Shown in pieces: positions 61,015 through 64,000 of a stretch of DNA of 64,000 bases (positions are counted from its first letter, which is position 1; each line of letters starts with the position of its first letter). This stretch comes from Ranitomeya imitator (taxonomy: Eukaryota). Made by a program: the position numbers and the translations under genes. The notes below the pieces were generated by a model. It searched no databases and had not been told where the DNA came from. It worked only from the letters and a program-made list of their open reading frames with translations. The stretch spans positions 54,870,001 to 54,934,000 of the forward strand of contig NC_091285.1 in the NCBI RefSeq assembly GCF_032444005.1. Reading direction: 5' to 3'.

Positions 61015-64000
61015 GATGTTGGTTCCAGGGGTACACGGCCAGCAGTGCCCTGGTCAGTGTAGTAGTAGTTGAAAGAATGGACCGCAGACAGGCATCGAAG
61101 GCCTAAAATAAAAAAATTGGGCTGGCTGTAGGCAATTTTAAATTGGTTCCAGGGGTACACGGGCAGCAGTGGTGTGGTCAGTGGAGGCCTAGTGGAAGGA
61201 GTGACCGCAGACAGGCATCGAAGGCCTAACATAACAAACTTGGGCTGGCTGTAGGCACTTTTAAATTGGTTCCAGGGGTACACGGGCAGCAGTGGTCTGG
61301 TCAGTGGAAGTCTAGTGGAAGGAGTGACCGCAGACAGGCATCGAAGGCCTAAAATAATAACACATGGCTGTAGGCAATTTTAAATTGGTTCCAGGGGTAC
61401 ACGGACAGCAGTGGTGTGGTCAGTGGAGGCCTAGTGGAAGGAGTGACCGCAGACAGGCATCGAAGGCCTAAAATAATAACACATGGCTGTAGGCAATTTT
61501 AAATTGGTTCCAGGGGTACACGGACAGCAGTGGTGTGGTCAGTGGAGGCCTAGTGGAAGGAGTGACCGCAGACAGGCATCGAAGGCCTAAAATAATAACA
61601 CATGGCTGTAGGCAATTTTAAATTGGTTCCAGGGGTACACGGGCAGCAGTGACCTGGTCAGTGTAGTAGTAGTTGAAAGAATGGACCGCAGACAGGCATC
61701 GAAGGCCTAAAATAAAAAAATTGGGCTGGCTGTAGGCAATTTTAAATTGGTTCCAGGGGTACACGGGCAGCAGTGACCTGGTCAGTGTAGTAGTAGTTGA
61801 AAGAATGGACCGCAGACAGGCATCGAAGGCCTAAAATAAAAAAATTGGGCTGGCTGTAGGCAATTTTAAATTGGTTCCAGGGGTACACGGGCAGCAGTGG
61901 TGTGGTCAGTGGAGGCCTAGTGGAAGGAGTGACCGCAGACAGGCATCGAAGGCCTAACATAACAAACTTGGGCTGGCTGTAGGCACTTTTAAATTGGTTC
62001 CAGGGGTACACGGGCAGCAGTGGTCTGGTCAGTGGAAGTCTAGTGGAAGGAGTGACCGCAGACAGGCATCGAAGGCCTAAAATAATAACACATGGCTGTA
62101 GGCAATTTTAAATTGGTTCCAGGGGTACACGGACAGCAGTGGTGTGGTCAGTGGAGGCCTAGTGGAAGGAGTCACCGCAGACAGGCATCGAAGGCCTAAA
62201 ATAATAACACATGGCTGTAGGCAATTTTAAATTGGTTCCAGGGGTACACGGGCAGCAGTGACCTGGTCAGTGTAGTAGTAGTTGAAAGAATGGACCGCAG
62301 ACAGGCATCGAAGGCCTAAAATAAAAAAATTGGGCTGGCTGTAGGCAATTTTAAATTGGTTCCAGGGGTACACGGGCAGCAGTGACCTGGTCAGTGTAGT
62401 AGTAGTTGAAAGAATGGACCGCAGACAGGCATCGAAGGCCTAAAATAAAAAAATTGGGCTGGCTGTAGGCAATTTTAAATTGGTTCCAGGGGTACACGGG
62501 CAGCAGTGACCTGGTCAGTGTAGTAGTAGTTGAAAGAATGGACCGCAGACAGGCATCGAAGGCCTAACATAACAAACTTGGGCTGGCTGTAGGCACTTTT
62601 AAATTGGTTCCAGGGGTACACGGGCAGCAGTGGTCTGGTCAGTGGAAGTCTAGTGGAAGGAGTGACCGCAGACAGGCTTCCAAGGCCTAACATAACAAAC
62701 TTGGGCTGGCTGTAGGCACTTTTAAATTGGTTCCAGGGGTACACGGGCAGCAGTGACCTGGTCAGTGTAGTAGTAGTTGAAAGAATGGACCGCAGACAGG
62801 CATCGAAGGCCTAAAATAAAAAAATTGGGCTGGCTGTAGGCAATTTTAAATTGGTTCCAGGGGTACACGGGCAGCAGTGACCTGGTCAGTGTAGTAGTAG
62901 TTGAAAGAATGGACCGCAGACAGGCATCGAAGGCCTAAAATAAAAAAATTGGGCTGGCTGTAGGCAATTTTAAATTGGTTCCAGGGGTACACGGGCAGCA
63001 GTGACCTGGTCAGTGTAGTAGTAGTTGAAAGAATGGACCGCAGACAGGCATCGAAGGCCTAAAATAAAAAAATTGGGCTGGCTGTAGGCAATTTTAAATT
63101 GGTTCCAGGGGTACACGGGCAGCAGTGACCTGGTCAGTGTAGTAGTAGTTGAAAGAATGGACCGCAGACAGGCATCGAAGGCCTAAAATAAAAAAATTGG
63201 GCTGGCTGTAGGCAATTTTAAATTGGTTCCAGGGGTACACGGGCAGCAGTGACCTGGTCAGTGTAGTAGTAGTTGAAAGAATGGACCGCAGACAGGCATC
63301 GAAGGCCTAAAATAAAAAAATTGGGCTGGCTGTAGGCAATTTTAAATTGGTTCCAGGGGTACACGGGCAGCAGTGGTGTGGTCAGTGGAGGCCTAGTGGA
63401 AGGAGTGACCGCAGACAGGCATCGAAGGCCTAAAATAATAACACATGGCTGTAGGCACTTTTAAATTGGTTCCAGGGGTACACGGGCAGCAGTGGTCTGG
63501 TCAGTGGAAGTCTAGTGGAAGGAGTGACCGCAGACAGGCTTCGAAGGCCTAACATAACAAAATTGGGCTGGCTGTAGGCACTTTAAATTGGTTCCAGGGG
63601 TACATGGGCAGCAGTGTATGGTCAGTGGAAGTCTAGTGGAAGGAGTGACGGCAGACAGTCTTCGAAGGCCTAACATAACAAAATTGGGCTGACTGTAGGC
63701 ACTTTTAAATTGGTTCCAGGGGTACACGGGCAGCAGTGACCTGGTCAGTGTAGTAGTAGTTGAAAGAATGGACCGCAGACAGGCATCGAAGGCCTAAAAT
63801 AAAAAAATTGGGCTGGCTGTAGGCAATTTTAAATTGGTTCCAGGGGTACACGGGCAGCAGTGACCTGGTCAGTGTAGTAGTAGTTGAAAGAATGGACCGC
63901 AGACAGGCATCGAAGGCCTAAAATAAAAAAATTGGGCTGGCTGTAGGCAATTTTAAATTGGTTCCAGGGGTACACGGGCAGCAGTGACCTGGTCAGTGTA
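61015..64000. repeat. 119-124 bp tandem repeat array (about 25 copies, continues past the edge)
   Basis: aaattggttccaggggtacacgg anchors each unit; several unit variants. Confidence 0.97.

Larger units (their letters stand above)
58656..64000. mobile_element. hAT-like element (left end) filled with tandem repeats; runs off the window
   Basis: Starts TAGAGTTGAGCGA, related to the reverse complement of the hAT right end at 20464-20478. Short gtcgag/cccgac subterminal repeats, then two minisatellite arrays. Confidence 0.6.

Noticed and set aside
60942-63727. Repeated MYPWNQFK ORFs; possible CRISPR-like array
   Set aside because: Translations of a tandem repeat. There are no unique spacers or cas genes, and the DNA is eukaryotic.
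1-64000. Pcdh constant exons, tRNA or rRNA genes
   Set aside because: No constant-region peptide or structural RNA gene was recognised. The only tRNA-related signal is the retroviral PBS.

Overview
AT-rich vertebrate genomic DNA. An anuran (frog) origin is inferred from the transposon repertoire and the protocadherin type. The window covers part of a clustered protocadherin gamma-type variable region on the minus strand. It holds five variable exons (one cut by the left edge), each a single ~2.4 kb ORF (signal peptide, EC1-EC6, TM, variable cytoplasmic domain). The four complete exons end in a phase-0 CAG|GT donor, and all five have a CTCF-like promoter element 200-230 bp upstream. There is also a ~110 bp decayed exon remnant. 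The constant exons must lie left of position 1. Intergenic DNA is dominated by nested transposons: hAT fossils, L2, Tc1, LTR/ERV pieces, piggyBac- and Kolobok-type ends, Harbinger MITEs, a Helitron, a CMC/Chapaev-like fossil and a minisatellite-filled hAT-like element. The most unusual observations are: (1) a complete 7.4 kb Harbinger with TIRs and TAA TSD that carries an intact transposase, a disabled MADF gene and a third, apparently intact 4-exon Myb/SANT-like gene hidden behind an intronic minisatellite; (2) an LTR carrying two strong CTCF motifs in the same orientation as the Pcdh promoter sites; (3) internal evidence for gene conversion among exons (~95% exon identity versus ~84% in a shared hAT fossil); (4) a broken DxNDN calcium motif in one exon. 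All family names come from motif recognition by eye; no database search was run.
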